NCBI GenBank assembly: GCA_021787395.1
Contig: JAJYLZ010000011.1
Location: 2,196 to 66,195, forward strand
Direction of reading: 5' to 3'
Source of the DNA: Chloroflexota bacterium
Lineage (GTDB): Bacteria > Chloroflexota > Limnocylindria > Limnocylindrales > CSP1-4
DNA: 64,000 bases
A program made the position numbers and the translations under genes. Positions within the stretch are counted from its first letter, which is position 1, and the number at the start of each line of letters is the position of its first letter. Positions 48,464 to 56,828 of this stretch are shown here, piece after piece. Under the pieces are notes generated by a model. That model saw nothing but the letters and a program-made list of their open reading frames with translations, ran no database searches and had not been told where the DNA came from.

Positions 48464-49254
48464 GCAACGAGGAGCTCTGGTACACGATCTTCGCCAAGGG
48501 GCATCCGGCGCTGGTCAAGCAGCACCAGCGACACCTCAGGATGCCCTCGCCCCCCAGGTGCAAGCTCTGCCTCGTGCCGTTCGCAGGGGTAGGCGGGTTC
48601 ATCATGGGCTTCCGGGGCAAGCGCCCCTCGAACCGCAACCCGCGGTTCTGCAGCGCCTGCGACCACTTCATCCGCCAGTTCCCGGGCGGCGCCGAGGTCG
48701 AGCTCTCCCTGGTCTTCGCCGACGTGCGCGGGTCCACGACGCTGGCCGAGCGGGTGAGCGCGTCGGAGTTCAGCCGGATGATGCACCGGTTCTACGCCGC
48801 CGCCACGGCGCAGCTCGTCGCGACGGACGGCTTCATCATCGATGTGGTGGGCGACGAGGTCGTGGGCGTGTACCCGCCCGGGTTCTCCGGCCCCCGCCAC
48901 GCGGCCCTCGCCATCGAGGCCGCCCAGCGCCTCCTCGCCCTCGACTCGGCCGAGTGGGCCGACATGCCGTTCGGCGTGGGCGTCCACACCGGCGTGGTCC
49001 ACATCGGCACCGTGTCGGGAGCCGAGGAGGGCATCCAGGACGTCCGCGCGATCGGCGACAACGTCAATGTCGCGGCGCGGCTGTCCTCCCAGGCCGGCCC
49101 GGGCGAGGCCCTCGTGAGCGATGCGGCGTGGACGGCGGCCGGGGCGCCCGACGACGGCCTCGAGCGCCGCACGCTCGCGCTCAAGGGCCGCACGGAGCCG
49201 ATCTCGGTCCTGGTGCTCACCTCCGGCTACCACCGAGCGGCCGCCCCGGCCTGA
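48460..49254 (+). CDS. Class III adenylate/guanylate cyclase with an N-terminal CxxC...CxxC zinc ribbon
   Basis: RCKLC...FCSAC, then cyclase homology domain motifs LVFADVRGST, VVGDEVVGVY, GVHTGVV and IGDNVNVAARL. GTG 48460 overlaps the decarboxylase stop (GTGA). Confidence 0.85.
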   Translation: MSNEELWYTIFAKGHPALVKQHQRHLRMPSPPRCKLCLVPFAGVGGFIMGFRGKRPSNRNPRFCSACDHFIRQFPGGAEVELSLVFADVRGSTTLAERVSASEFSRMMHRFYAAATAQLVATDGFIIDVVGDEVVGVYPPGFSGPRHAALAIEAAQRLLALDSAEWADMPFGVGVHTGVVHIGTVSGAEEGIQDVRAIGDNVNVAARLSSQAGPGEALVSDAAWTAAGAPDDGLERRTLALKGRTEPISVLVLTSGYHRAAAPA

Positions 49255-49354
49255 CCCCGCCTCGCGGCGTCGGGGCAGGGGAGGGGGCCGCCACGCCCGG
49301 TTGACCGGAGCGTCCTCTCCGGGAGGCGTTTCGCCTGCCAGAGGGGAGTCGACC

Positions 49355-50152
49355 GTGCCGTTCACCGTTCGCGCCGCCGCCGGCCCGCTGCTCCTGTGCG
49401 GCGCGGCGCTGCTGCCCGCCGCACGGCCGGTGGCTGCCCTCGCGCTGCTCGTCGCCTGGGTGGTCCAGCTCGCACGGGGACGGGCCGAGGCGGTCGCCCT
49501 GGCGGCGACCCTGCCGGTCGGCCTCATCCTGCCGTGGCCCTGGATCCTCGGGGTGGACGCGCCGATCGGCGTCCCGGCGTGCACGGCCCCGCTGTCGGCC
49601 ATCGTCGTCCGCCGGCTCGCCCTGGCAGCGTTCGGCCTGACCGCGGTCGCCACGGTGGCGGGCCTCCACGGACTGGACAGGGGAGAGCTCGGCCTGCGGG
49701 GGCCCGCGCCGCGGGAGGCCGCCGGCGCCGCGGCCGCCGCGGGCGTCGTCGCGCTGGGCGGCCTCGTCGCCGGACCCTGGCTGGCCAGCCCGTTCTTCGG
49801 CGAGCTCGACTTCCCGCGCCCGGCCGCGGCGCTGCTGCCGGCGCTCCTCTTCGGCGTCGCGAACGGGGTGCTCGAGGAGGTGGCCTATCGCGGGGCGATG
49901 CAGGGCCTGCTGGCACACGCGATGCCGCTGTCCTGGGCCATCGGCATCCAGGGGCTCGTCTTCGGCATCGTCCACGCCGGTCCCGAGGTGCTCGCGCTCC
50001 TGCCCGTGCACGTCGCCCTCATGGGCGTGATCGGCATCGCCGGCGGCGTGGCCCGGGCGCGGCTGGGGTCCCTGTGGCTGCCGATCGGCGTCCACGTCGG
50101 CGCCGACATCGCGCTCTATGTCGGACTGGCCTGCCGGGCTGCGGCCGCCTGA
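49355..50152 (+). CDS. CPBP-family intramembrane glutamic endopeptidase (CAAX protease/Abi-like)
   Basis: Multi-TM protein with EEVAYRG (EExxxR), FGIVH (FxxxH) and a distal HVG histidine. GTG 49355 lies 6 nt after GAGGGGAG. Confidence 0.8.
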   Translation: MPFTVRAAAGPLLLCGAALLPAARPVAALALLVAWVVQLARGRAEAVALAATLPVGLILPWPWILGVDAPIGVPACTAPLSAIVVRRLALAAFGLTAVATVAGLHGLDRGELGLRGPAPREAAGAAAAAGVVALGGLVAGPWLASPFFGELDFPRPAAALLPALLFGVANGVLEEVAYRGAMQGLLAHAMPLSWAIGIQGLVFGIVHAGPEVLALLPVHVALMGVIGIAGGVARARLGSLWLPIGVHVGADIALYVGLACRAAAA

Positions 50153-50232
50153 CGCGAGGACAACAGGGTGCCGCCGCCGGACGGCCGGCATGCCGCCAAC
50201 GCTGGAGAAGCGGTCCGGGCGGTCCGCCGGGC

Positions 50233-50442
50233 TCAGGCGGCCAGCACGAGGGCCGCCGCGCGGCGCAGCACGTGCAGCCTGCGGCGCAGGCCGGGCCGTG
50301 GCGCGCGCCGAGCGCCGTCGGGGCTCCCCTCGAGCGTGCGCGCGCCGGCCTCGAGGGAGTCGGGCCGTCCGCCCGTACGGCTCCACACGGTGGTCTCGTC
50401 CTGCTCGGTCAGGTAGTACTCGTCGAGCGTGATCGCGCCCAT
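50233..50442 (-). CDS. Small hypothetical protein (69 aa; acidic N-terminus, Arg-rich C-terminus)
   Basis: ATG preceded by AAGGGA with a 7-nt spacer. Sequence MGAITLDEYYLTEQDETTVWSRTGG... with GC3-rich codons. No recognisable family; it could be a shadow ORF. Confidence 0.3.
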   Translation of the reverse strand: MGAITLDEYYLTEQDETTVWSRTGGRPDSLEAGARTLEGSPDGARRAPRPGLRRRLHVLRRAAALVLAA

Positions 50443-50671
50443 CTCCGCATCCCTTCTGCAGTAGATGACGCGCGGCGTCGCCGGCTGTTCCGTCCGAGAC
50501 CACGCGAGCCGTGCCGCTCACGGCTGCGCACGTGCACTGCTGCGCCGGCCGGTCGGCCGTCCGGGTTCGACATCACTTCCGATAAGGCAAGTTATGTTAT
50601 CTCTGTCTGTACGGAGCGCTACGGAACGGTCGGGGCTGGTCGGCGGCGCGGATCCACAGTAAGGTTCACGG

Positions 50672-51736
50672 GTGTCCGGACTCGTCCCCGTCCCGGGCGG
50701 CGGGAATCCGCCCCTGCCGCGATCCGACGTCCCCGCCATCGAGCTCGACGGGCTCGTCAAGCGCTACCGCAAGGCCGACCGCAACGCGGTGGACGGGATC
50801 AGCCTCACGGTCGCCCGGGGGGAGTTCTTCGCGCTCCTGGGGCCGAACGGAGCGGGCAAGACCACGACGCTGTCGATCCTGACGACCACGCTCGCGCCCA
50901 CGGGCGGCCGCGCCCGCATCGACGGGCTCGACGTGGTGGCGGACGCGGCCGCGGTGCGGCAGCGGGTGGGCATCATCTTCCAGCGCCCGAGCCTCGACCG
51001 GAATCTGACCGGCGAGGAGAACGTTCGGTTCCACGCGGTCCTCTACGGGCTGTACCCGTATGCGCCCGCCTTCCGGATGATGGCCGCCGCGTACCGCGAG
51101 CAGGTGGCCGCCTGGTCCGAGCTGCTCGGCCTGGGCGCCGACGTGTTCAAGCCCGTGCGCACGTACTCGGGCGGCATGCTGCGCAAGCTGGAGATCGTCA
51201 GGAGCCTCGTCCACCGTCCGCGCGTGCTGTTCCTCGACGAGCCCACGACCGGGCTCGACGCTCCCAGCCGGCGGGCGCTCTGGGCCTACCTGCGCGACGT
51301 CCGCGCCGCCGACGGCACCACGATCGTCCTCACCTCCCACTACCTCGAGGAGGCCGAGCAGGCCGACCGGATCTGCGTGGTGGACGCGGGCCGCGTGGTC
51401 GCCACCGGCTCCCCCGCCGAGCTCACCGCGGCGCTCGCCGGCGAGTCGCTGCTGGTGGACGCCGCCGACCGCGCCGCGCTGCGCGCCGAGCTGGCGGGCA
51501 TGGGCCTGGCGCCGGCGGGGGACGGTCCCTTCCGGCTGGCCGTCCGGACCGCCGACGTGCACCGGGTGCTCCGGGCGGTCGCCACTCCCCTCTCGATGGT
51601 CCGGACCGACGCCCCGTCGCTCGAGGACGCCTACCTCCAGATCGTGAGCCGCGCCGAGCTGGACACCGAGGTCATGGGGCGGCCGGCGCCTGCGTCGGGT
51701 GCCGGGCTGCCCACGCCGGAGGCTGGCGATGGCTGA
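50672..51736 (+). CDS. ABC transporter ATP-binding protein (ABC-2/DrrA-like exporter subunit)
   Basis: GPNGAGKTT Walker A, YSGGMLRKLEI signature, LFLDEPTTGLD Walker B, and a C-terminal extension. Confidence 0.9.
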   Translation: MSGLVPVPGGGNPPLPRSDVPAIELDGLVKRYRKADRNAVDGISLTVARGEFFALLGPNGAGKTTTLSILTTTLAPTGGRARIDGLDVVADAAAVRQRVGIIFQRPSLDRNLTGEENVRFHAVLYGLYPYAPAFRMMAAAYREQVAAWSELLGLGADVFKPVRTYSGGMLRKLEIVRSLVHRPRVLFLDEPTTGLDAPSRRALWAYLRDVRAADGTTIVLTSHYLEEAEQADRICVVDAGRVVATGSPAELTAALAGESLLVDAADRAALRAELAGMGLAPAGDGPFRLAVRTADVHRVLRAVATPLSMVRTDAPSLEDAYLQIVSRAELDTEVMGRPAPASGAGLPTPEAGDG

Positions 51737-52577
51737 GGCGGCGGCGCCGCACGAGTTGACGGCCCGCCGGAAGGGCGCTCCCCTGCCCCGCCGGTGGCAG
51801 GCCGAGCTGTCGGCGGTCGCGGTCATCGCCCACCGGGACTTCGTGAAACTGCTGCGGGACCGCCTGCGGCTGCTGTCCGAGCTCGCCTTCCCGCTGGTCC
51901 TGGTGCTCCTCCTGGGCCCGGCCCTGCAGTCGGGCTTCGGCGCCCCGGGGGGCGTCAGCCTGACCGGGTTCGTGTTCAGCGGCGTCCTCGCCCAGACGAT
52001 CTGGCAGTCGGCCGTGCTGGGGCTGGTGTCGCTCGTGGCGGACCGCGAGGAGGACTTCAGCCAGGAGGTCTTCGTGTCGCCCGCGTCGCGCTACTCGATC
52101 GTGGCGGGCAAGATCATCGGCGAGTCGCTGGTCGCCCTGCCGACGGGCCTCGGGATCGTGGTCGTCGGGCTGCTGATCGGCGTCCCGCTCCCGCTGCCGG
52201 TGCTGGTGGCCCTGGTGCCCACCTCGCTGTTCGTGGCCCTCAACGGCGGGGCATTCGGGCTGCTGCTGCTGTCGCGGGTGGGGAGCCAGCGGGCGGCGAA
52301 CCAGATCTTCCCGTTCCTGCTGCTTCCGCAGTACTTCCTGGCTGGGGTGTTCAACCCGATCCACGGGCTGCCGCTGCCGCTCGCCGTCCTGTCCGCCCTG
52401 TCGCCGCTGCGCTACGCGGTGGAGCTGACGCGGAACGCCATCTACGGGCTCCAGCCCGGCGTGCCGGCGCCCGAGACGACGGCCGCGCCGATCAACGCCG
52501 CGGTGCTCGGGGCGTCGCTGCTCGCGTTCCTCGTGGCCGGCACGTTCCTGTTCGTCCGGGCCGAGCGGAACCGCTGA
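51729..52577 (+). CDS. ABC-2 type transporter permease
   Basis: Six predicted TM helices. ATG 51729 overlaps the end of the ATPase gene by 8 nt. Confidence 0.85.
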   Translation: MAEAAAPHELTARRKGAPLPRRWQAELSAVAVIAHRDFVKLLRDRLRLLSELAFPLVLVLLLGPALQSGFGAPGGVSLTGFVFSGVLAQTIWQSAVLGLVSLVADREEDFSQEVFVSPASRYSIVAGKIIGESLVALPTGLGIVVVGLLIGVPLPLPVLVALVPTSLFVALNGGAFGLLLLSRVGSQRAANQIFPFLLLPQYFLAGVFNPIHGLPLPLAVLSALSPLRYAVELTRNAIYGLQPGVPAPETTAAPINAAVLGASLLAFLVAGTFLFVRAERNR

Positions 52578-52602
52578 CCGTCGCGCGCCCCGCCGACGGT
52601 CG

Positions 52603-53634
52603 TCACGCCGCCGGCCGGCGCGCCATCACCAGCGAGCCCCACAGCTCGCCCGGGACCTCGATCGGCAGCGGCGGCTCGAAGCCGGCCTCGCGCAGCCAGC
52701 GCTCCCAGTCGTCGCGGGTGTCCAGGCCGCCGCCGTCGGTGGCGAGGAGCATCTGGAGCGCGAACAGCGCGGCCTCGGGCGGCCCGGCGCGGTCCGGGTC
52801 GAGCACCGCGTCGCGCAGGACGATCCAGCCGCCGGGCGCGAGCGCGCCGAACACCTTGCGGATCAGCGCCGGGTGGCCCTCCCGGGGCTCGCCGTTGAGG
52901 ACCCCGAACACGAGCGCGACGTCGTAGCCGCTGCCCAGGGGCTCGCGCTGGAAGTCGCCGGCGACCATGCGCACGCGCCCGCTCCAGCCCGCGTCGGCGA
53001 TCAGCCGGGCCCCGACCGGCACCACCCTCGGCAGGTCGAACACGTCGGCGCGCAGGCGCGGATAGCGCTCGGCCAGCGCCATGCTGTAGGCGCCGTGGCA
53101 GCCGCCGACGTCGATGAGCCGCAGGTCGCGCTCCCGGGGCAGCTCGATGCTGGCGGCGACCGCGGGGGCCAGCGGGAGGGCCGTGGCGTAGATCCCGCGC
53201 ACGAACCGCTCGATCCAGTCCGGCGGCGCCTCGTCGCGGGCGTTCTCGGGCGGACGCCGGCCCGTCCGCACGGCGTCCGCCAGGTGGCCCCAGCGCCGGT
53301 AGTGCGCGCTCTGGAGCTCGATCCCGCCGACGATCGCCCCCGGCACGCCGCGGACCAGCAGCTCCCCTGCCCCGGGCGCCATCCGAAAGCGGCCCTCGGC
53401 CTTGTGCAGCAGTCCGAGCGCGGTCGCCGCGTTCAGCAGCAGCTCCACGGCCCGCGCGTCGGCCGCGACCTCGGCGGCCACCTCCGCCGAGGTCGCCGGG
53501 CCAGCCGCGACGGCGTCGAACACGCCCAGCTCGACGCAGGCGAACAGGACCTGCGCCCCGCGGAAGCCCGTCGCGAGGTCCTGCACCCGCCGTCGGACGG
53601 GCAGGGTGTCGTCCCCGGTGTCGTCCCCGCTCAC
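52603..53634 (-). CDS. Class I SAM-dependent O-methyltransferase (family 2, with an N-terminal dimerisation/winged-helix domain)
   Basis: LIDVGGCHG (SAM motif I), DVFDLP, GDF and YDVALVFGVL motifs. GTG 53634 overlaps the stop of the upstream Cys-rich gene (GTGA). Confidence 0.85.
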   Translation of the reverse strand: MSGDDTGDDTLPVRRRVQDLATGFRGAQVLFACVELGVFDAVAAGPATSAEVAAEVAADARAVELLLNAATALGLLHKAEGRFRMAPGAGELLVRGVPGAIVGGIELQSAHYRRWGHLADAVRTGRRPPENARDEAPPDWIERFVRGIYATALPLAPAVAASIELPRERDLRLIDVGGCHGAYSMALAERYPRLRADVFDLPRVVPVGARLIADAGWSGRVRMVAGDFQREPLGSGYDVALVFGVLNGEPREGHPALIRKVFGALAPGGWIVLRDAVLDPDRAGPPEAALFALQMLLATDGGGLDTRDDWERWLREAGFEPPLPIEVPGELWGSLVMARRPAA

Positions 53635-53882
53635 GCCTCGTCGGCCGGGCCGAGGCCCAGCGCCCGCAGCTCGGCGGCCACCTCGCGCAGGCAGGCCGGG
53701 CACAGGCAGTCCCGGTACGGCCCCACGCCCTCCGGCAGCGGCACCGGCAGGCGGAAGGCCTCGGCGGAGCACCAGCACAGCCCGTCGCCCAGGTTGCGGC
53801 ACCCGAAGACGGCGCCGCAGCGCTCGCAGCGCGTCTGGCGGCTGGCGAGCGCCGGGTCCCATGACCCCGTCGGCTCGGTCAT
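53631..53882 (-). CDS. Cysteine-rich CWC-family small protein
   Basis: 83 aa: CERCGAVFGC...GLCWCS...CLCPAC, the spacing characteristic of the Cys_rich_CWC family. ATG 53882 lies 9 nt after AAGGAGG. Confidence 0.7.
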   Translation of the reverse strand: MTEPTGSWDPALASRQTRCERCGAVFGCRNLGDGLCWCSAEAFRLPVPLPEGVGPYRDCLCPACLREVAAELRALGLGPADEA

Positions 53883-54068
53883 CTGGCGCGACCTCCTTGC
53901 CATCGCCCCCGGTCCGGCCCTCCGCCGGCGCGCACCGCGGCGGCGCGCTCCCCGGAATCTAGCCCGGGGCAGCCTTGACAACAACGCCGTGCACAGGGCC
54001 CCCGCCGGCCTGGGGCGCTCCCCGTGCGACACTGGGCCCGAGCTGACACGCGATGGGAGGACGCCCGC

Positions 54069-55865
54069 ATGTCCCAGCGGATCGAGGACTACGCGCTCAT
54101 CGGCGACACCCACACGGCCGCCCTCGTCGGACGCGACGGGTCGATCGACTGGCTCTGCGCACCGCGCTTCGACTCGGGCGCCTGCTTCGCCGCACTGCTC
54201 GGCGGGCCGGAGCACGGCCACTGGCGCCTGGCGCCCGACGCCGGGGCCACCCGCGTCGCGCGCCGCTACCGGGACGACACCCTGGTGCTGGAGACGACGT
54301 TCGAGACCGACGGCGGCGAGGCCCGGGTCGTCGACTTCCTGCCCATCCGCGAGGACGTCTGCCATGTCGTCCGGCTGGTCGAGGGCGTCCGCGGCCAGGT
54401 CGCGATGCGCATGGACCTGGTGGTCCGGTTCGACTACGGGGCCACCGTGCCCTGGGTGCGGCGACGTGACGGGACCTTCACGGCCGTGGCGGGCCCCAAC
54501 GGCCTCGCCCTCCGCTCGCCGGTCGAGACCCGAGGCCGCCAGCTCGCCACGGAGGCCCGGTTCAGCGTCGCGGCCGGGCAGCGCGTGCCGTTCGTGCTCA
54601 CCTGGTACCCGTCCCGCCTCGAGCCGCCGCCCCCGATCGACGCCGAGCAGGCGCTCGCGGACACGGTGGCCTGGTGGCGCGAGTGGTCGTCACGGTGCAC
54701 CTACCAGGGCCCGTGGCGCGACGCCGTGGTGCGCTCGCTGATCACCCTCAAGGCGCTCACCTACGACCCGACCGGCGGCATCGTGGCGGCCCCGACCACC
54801 TCGCTCCCGGAGCGCATCGGCGGCGTCCGCAACTGGGACTACCGGTACTGCTGGGTCCGCGACGCCACGTTCACGCTGTACGCGATGATGCACGGCGGCT
54901 ACCACGACGAGGCGGGCGCCTGGCGCGACTGGCTGCTCCGCGCGGTGGCCGGCGATCCGGCCCAGCTCCAGATCCTCTACGGGCTGGGCGGCGAGCGGCG
55001 GATCCCGGAGACCGAGGCCGACTGGCTGCCCGGGTACGAGGCGTCGAGGCCCGTCCGGATCGGCAACGCCGCCGTGGACCAGCTCCAGCTCGACGTGTTC
55101 GGCGAGCTCATGGACGCGCTGCACGTCGCCCGCCGCAGCGGGCTGCACCCCGAGGCCGCGGCGTGGGCGCTGCAGCGCCACCTCATGGAGTACCTCGAGC
55201 AGACCTGGCGCCAGCCCGACGAGGGCATCTGGGAGGTCCGCGGCGGTCCGCGGGTGTTCACGCACTCGCGGGTCATGGCCTGGGTGGCCTTCGACCGGGC
55301 GGTCAAGGCGGTCGAGCAGTTCGGGCTCCACGGCCCGGTCGAGCGCTGGCGTCGCGTCCGCGACGAGATCCACGACGACGTCTGCGAGCACGGCTACAGC
55401 GCCGACCTGGGTGCATTCGTCCAGTCGTACGGGTCGACGGCCCTGGACGCGAGCCTGCTGCTGATCCCGCTGGTCGGCTTCCTGCCCCCGGACGACCCGC
55501 GGGTGGTCGGCACCGTGGCGGCGGTGGAGCGGGAGCTGCTGCGGGACGGCTTCGTCCTCCGCTACTCGACCCAGGAGGATGCGGCCGACGGGCTGCCGCC
55601 GGGCGAGGGCGCGTTCCTCCCCTGCACCTGCTGGCTCGCCGACGCCTACGCGCAGACCGGGCGCCGCGACGACGCCGAGCGCCTGTTCGAGCGGCTGCTG
55701 GCGATCCGCAACGACGTGGGCCTGCTGGCCGAGGAGTACGACCCCGCGGCAGGCCGGATGCTCGGCAACTTCCCGCAGGCCTTCTCGCACGTCGCGCTCG
55801 TGAACACCGCGTCCAACCTGTCGCGGACGGGCACCGGCACGACCGAGCACCGGACGAGGGCCTGA
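54069..55865 (+). CDS. Glycoside hydrolase family 15 protein (glucoamylase/trehalase-like)
   Basis: IEDYALIGD..TAALVGRDGSIDWLC.PRFDS, TTSLPE.IGG.RNWDYRY.W.RDA, E.W....P..FTHS and LAEEYD........GNFPQAFSH motifs. ATG 54069 follows GGGAGGA. Confidence 0.9.
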   Translation: MSQRIEDYALIGDTHTAALVGRDGSIDWLCAPRFDSGACFAALLGGPEHGHWRLAPDAGATRVARRYRDDTLVLETTFETDGGEARVVDFLPIREDVCHVVRLVEGVRGQVAMRMDLVVRFDYGATVPWVRRRDGTFTAVAGPNGLALRSPVETRGRQLATEARFSVAAGQRVPFVLTWYPSRLEPPPPIDAEQALADTVAWWREWSSRCTYQGPWRDAVVRSLITLKALTYDPTGGIVAAPTTSLPERIGGVRNWDYRYCWVRDATFTLYAMMHGGYHDEAGAWRDWLLRAVAGDPAQLQILYGLGGERRIPETEADWLPGYEASRPVRIGNAAVDQLQLDVFGELMDALHVARRSGLHPEAAAWALQRHLMEYLEQTWRQPDEGIWEVRGGPRVFTHSRVMAWVAFDRAVKAVEQFGLHGPVERWRRVRDEIHDDVCEHGYSADLGAFVQSYGSTALDASLLLIPLVGFLPPDDPRVVGTVAAVERELLRDGFVLRYSTQEDAADGLPPGEGAFLPCTCWLADAYAQTGRRDDAERLFERLLAIRNDVGLLAEEYDPAAGRMLGNFPQAFSHVALVNTASNLSRTGTGTTEHRTRA

Positions 55866-56327
55866 TCCGGCGCTCCCCTACCGTCGGCGCTCGCCGCGCT
55901 CATCGGGCTGCGGACTCGGGCGGCCCGGCAGCATCTCGACCCCGATCCGGAACGAGTCGAGGCGGGGCATCCGCCCGACTCGAATCACCTCGGCCGGGCG
56001 CCGGCGGTCCCGGCGCGACGCGACGGCGCCTGTGGCCGCCGGAAGCACCGACGCGCGCCTCCAGGGGTGAAGCATCTGATCCCTCGACCTCGTGGACTGC
56101 AGGAAGGTGCGCCGAGGTTCCCGCGCGGTGCCTGCGCGCGCCACCACCCGAACGGACCGGCGACCCCGTACCCGAGGGCCACTGGGACCTGGAGTCGGCG
56201 AGCCGCCGCCACGCCGGGCCGACGGCCACGGGCCCTTCGACCCGCCCTGTACAGGCCGATCCTCCCATAGGGTCCGCGCCATCGTGGACGTGCTGGCCGA
56301 ACCGCTCCTCGGGCTACAATCTCGGCC

Positions 56328-56777
56328 GTGCAGCGTGCCCGTGTCCCCAAGAACGCCCTGATGCTGATCGCCGGCGTCGTCTGGTGCATCGCGGGGACCA
56401 TGGTCACCGTCGTCGGCGTGCCGCTGCTGCTCAGGCTGGAGCCGGTGGACCCCATCCTGCTCCCGCTCGCGGCGGTCATCTTCGCGGTGTTCTACGTGTT
56501 CGTGTTCTCGCGCCTGGTGCGCAAGCACACGATGCGGATCCGGGCGCGCGAGGAGGAGCGGCTGCCGGTCTGGCACTTCTTCAACGCATCGTCGTGGATC
56601 GTGATGTTCATCATGATGGGCGGGGGCATGGCGCTGCGGCTGTCGCACCTGTTCCCGGACTGGTTCATCGCGTTCTTCTACACCGGCCTGGGCATCGCGC
56701 TGTTCCTGTGCGGCGTGCGCTTCGTGGGCGTGTTCGCGCGCAAGGACGTGCTGGCCCCGATCCGCGCCGAGCGCTGA
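56328..56777 (+). CDS. Hypothetical four-TM membrane protein (possibly leaderless)
   Basis: 149 aa with four hydrophobic helices. GTG 56328 lies 7 nt after TACAAT (56315-56320) with no SD. Confidence 0.55.
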   Translation: MQRARVPKNALMLIAGVVWCIAGTMVTVVGVPLLLRLEPVDPILLPLAAVIFAVFYVFVFSRLVRKHTMRIRAREEERLPVWHFFNASSWIVMFIMMGGGMALRLSHLFPDWFIAFFYTGLGIALFLCGVRFVGVFARKDVLAPIRAER

Positions 56778-56828
56778 CCCGCCCGCCCCGGCGGGGCCGC
56801 GTGCCGCGGCCGCGGGCCCGGGCCTCCC

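Noticed and set aside
48460-50152. Pycsar-like defence pair (nucleotide cyclase plus membrane effector)
   Set aside because: The downstream membrane protein is a CPBP protease with no cyclic-nucleotide-binding domain. The cyclase is coupled upstream to a decarboxylase rather than standing as a two-gene island, and there is no mobile or defence-island context. I kept it only as a remote possibility under the cassette finding.
50233-50442. Lasso-peptide or other RiPP precursor (Thr-Gly junction followed by G-R-P-D-S-L-E)
   Set aside because: There is no lasso cyclase, leader peptidase, RRE or other RiPP maturase nearby. The pattern is easily produced by chance.
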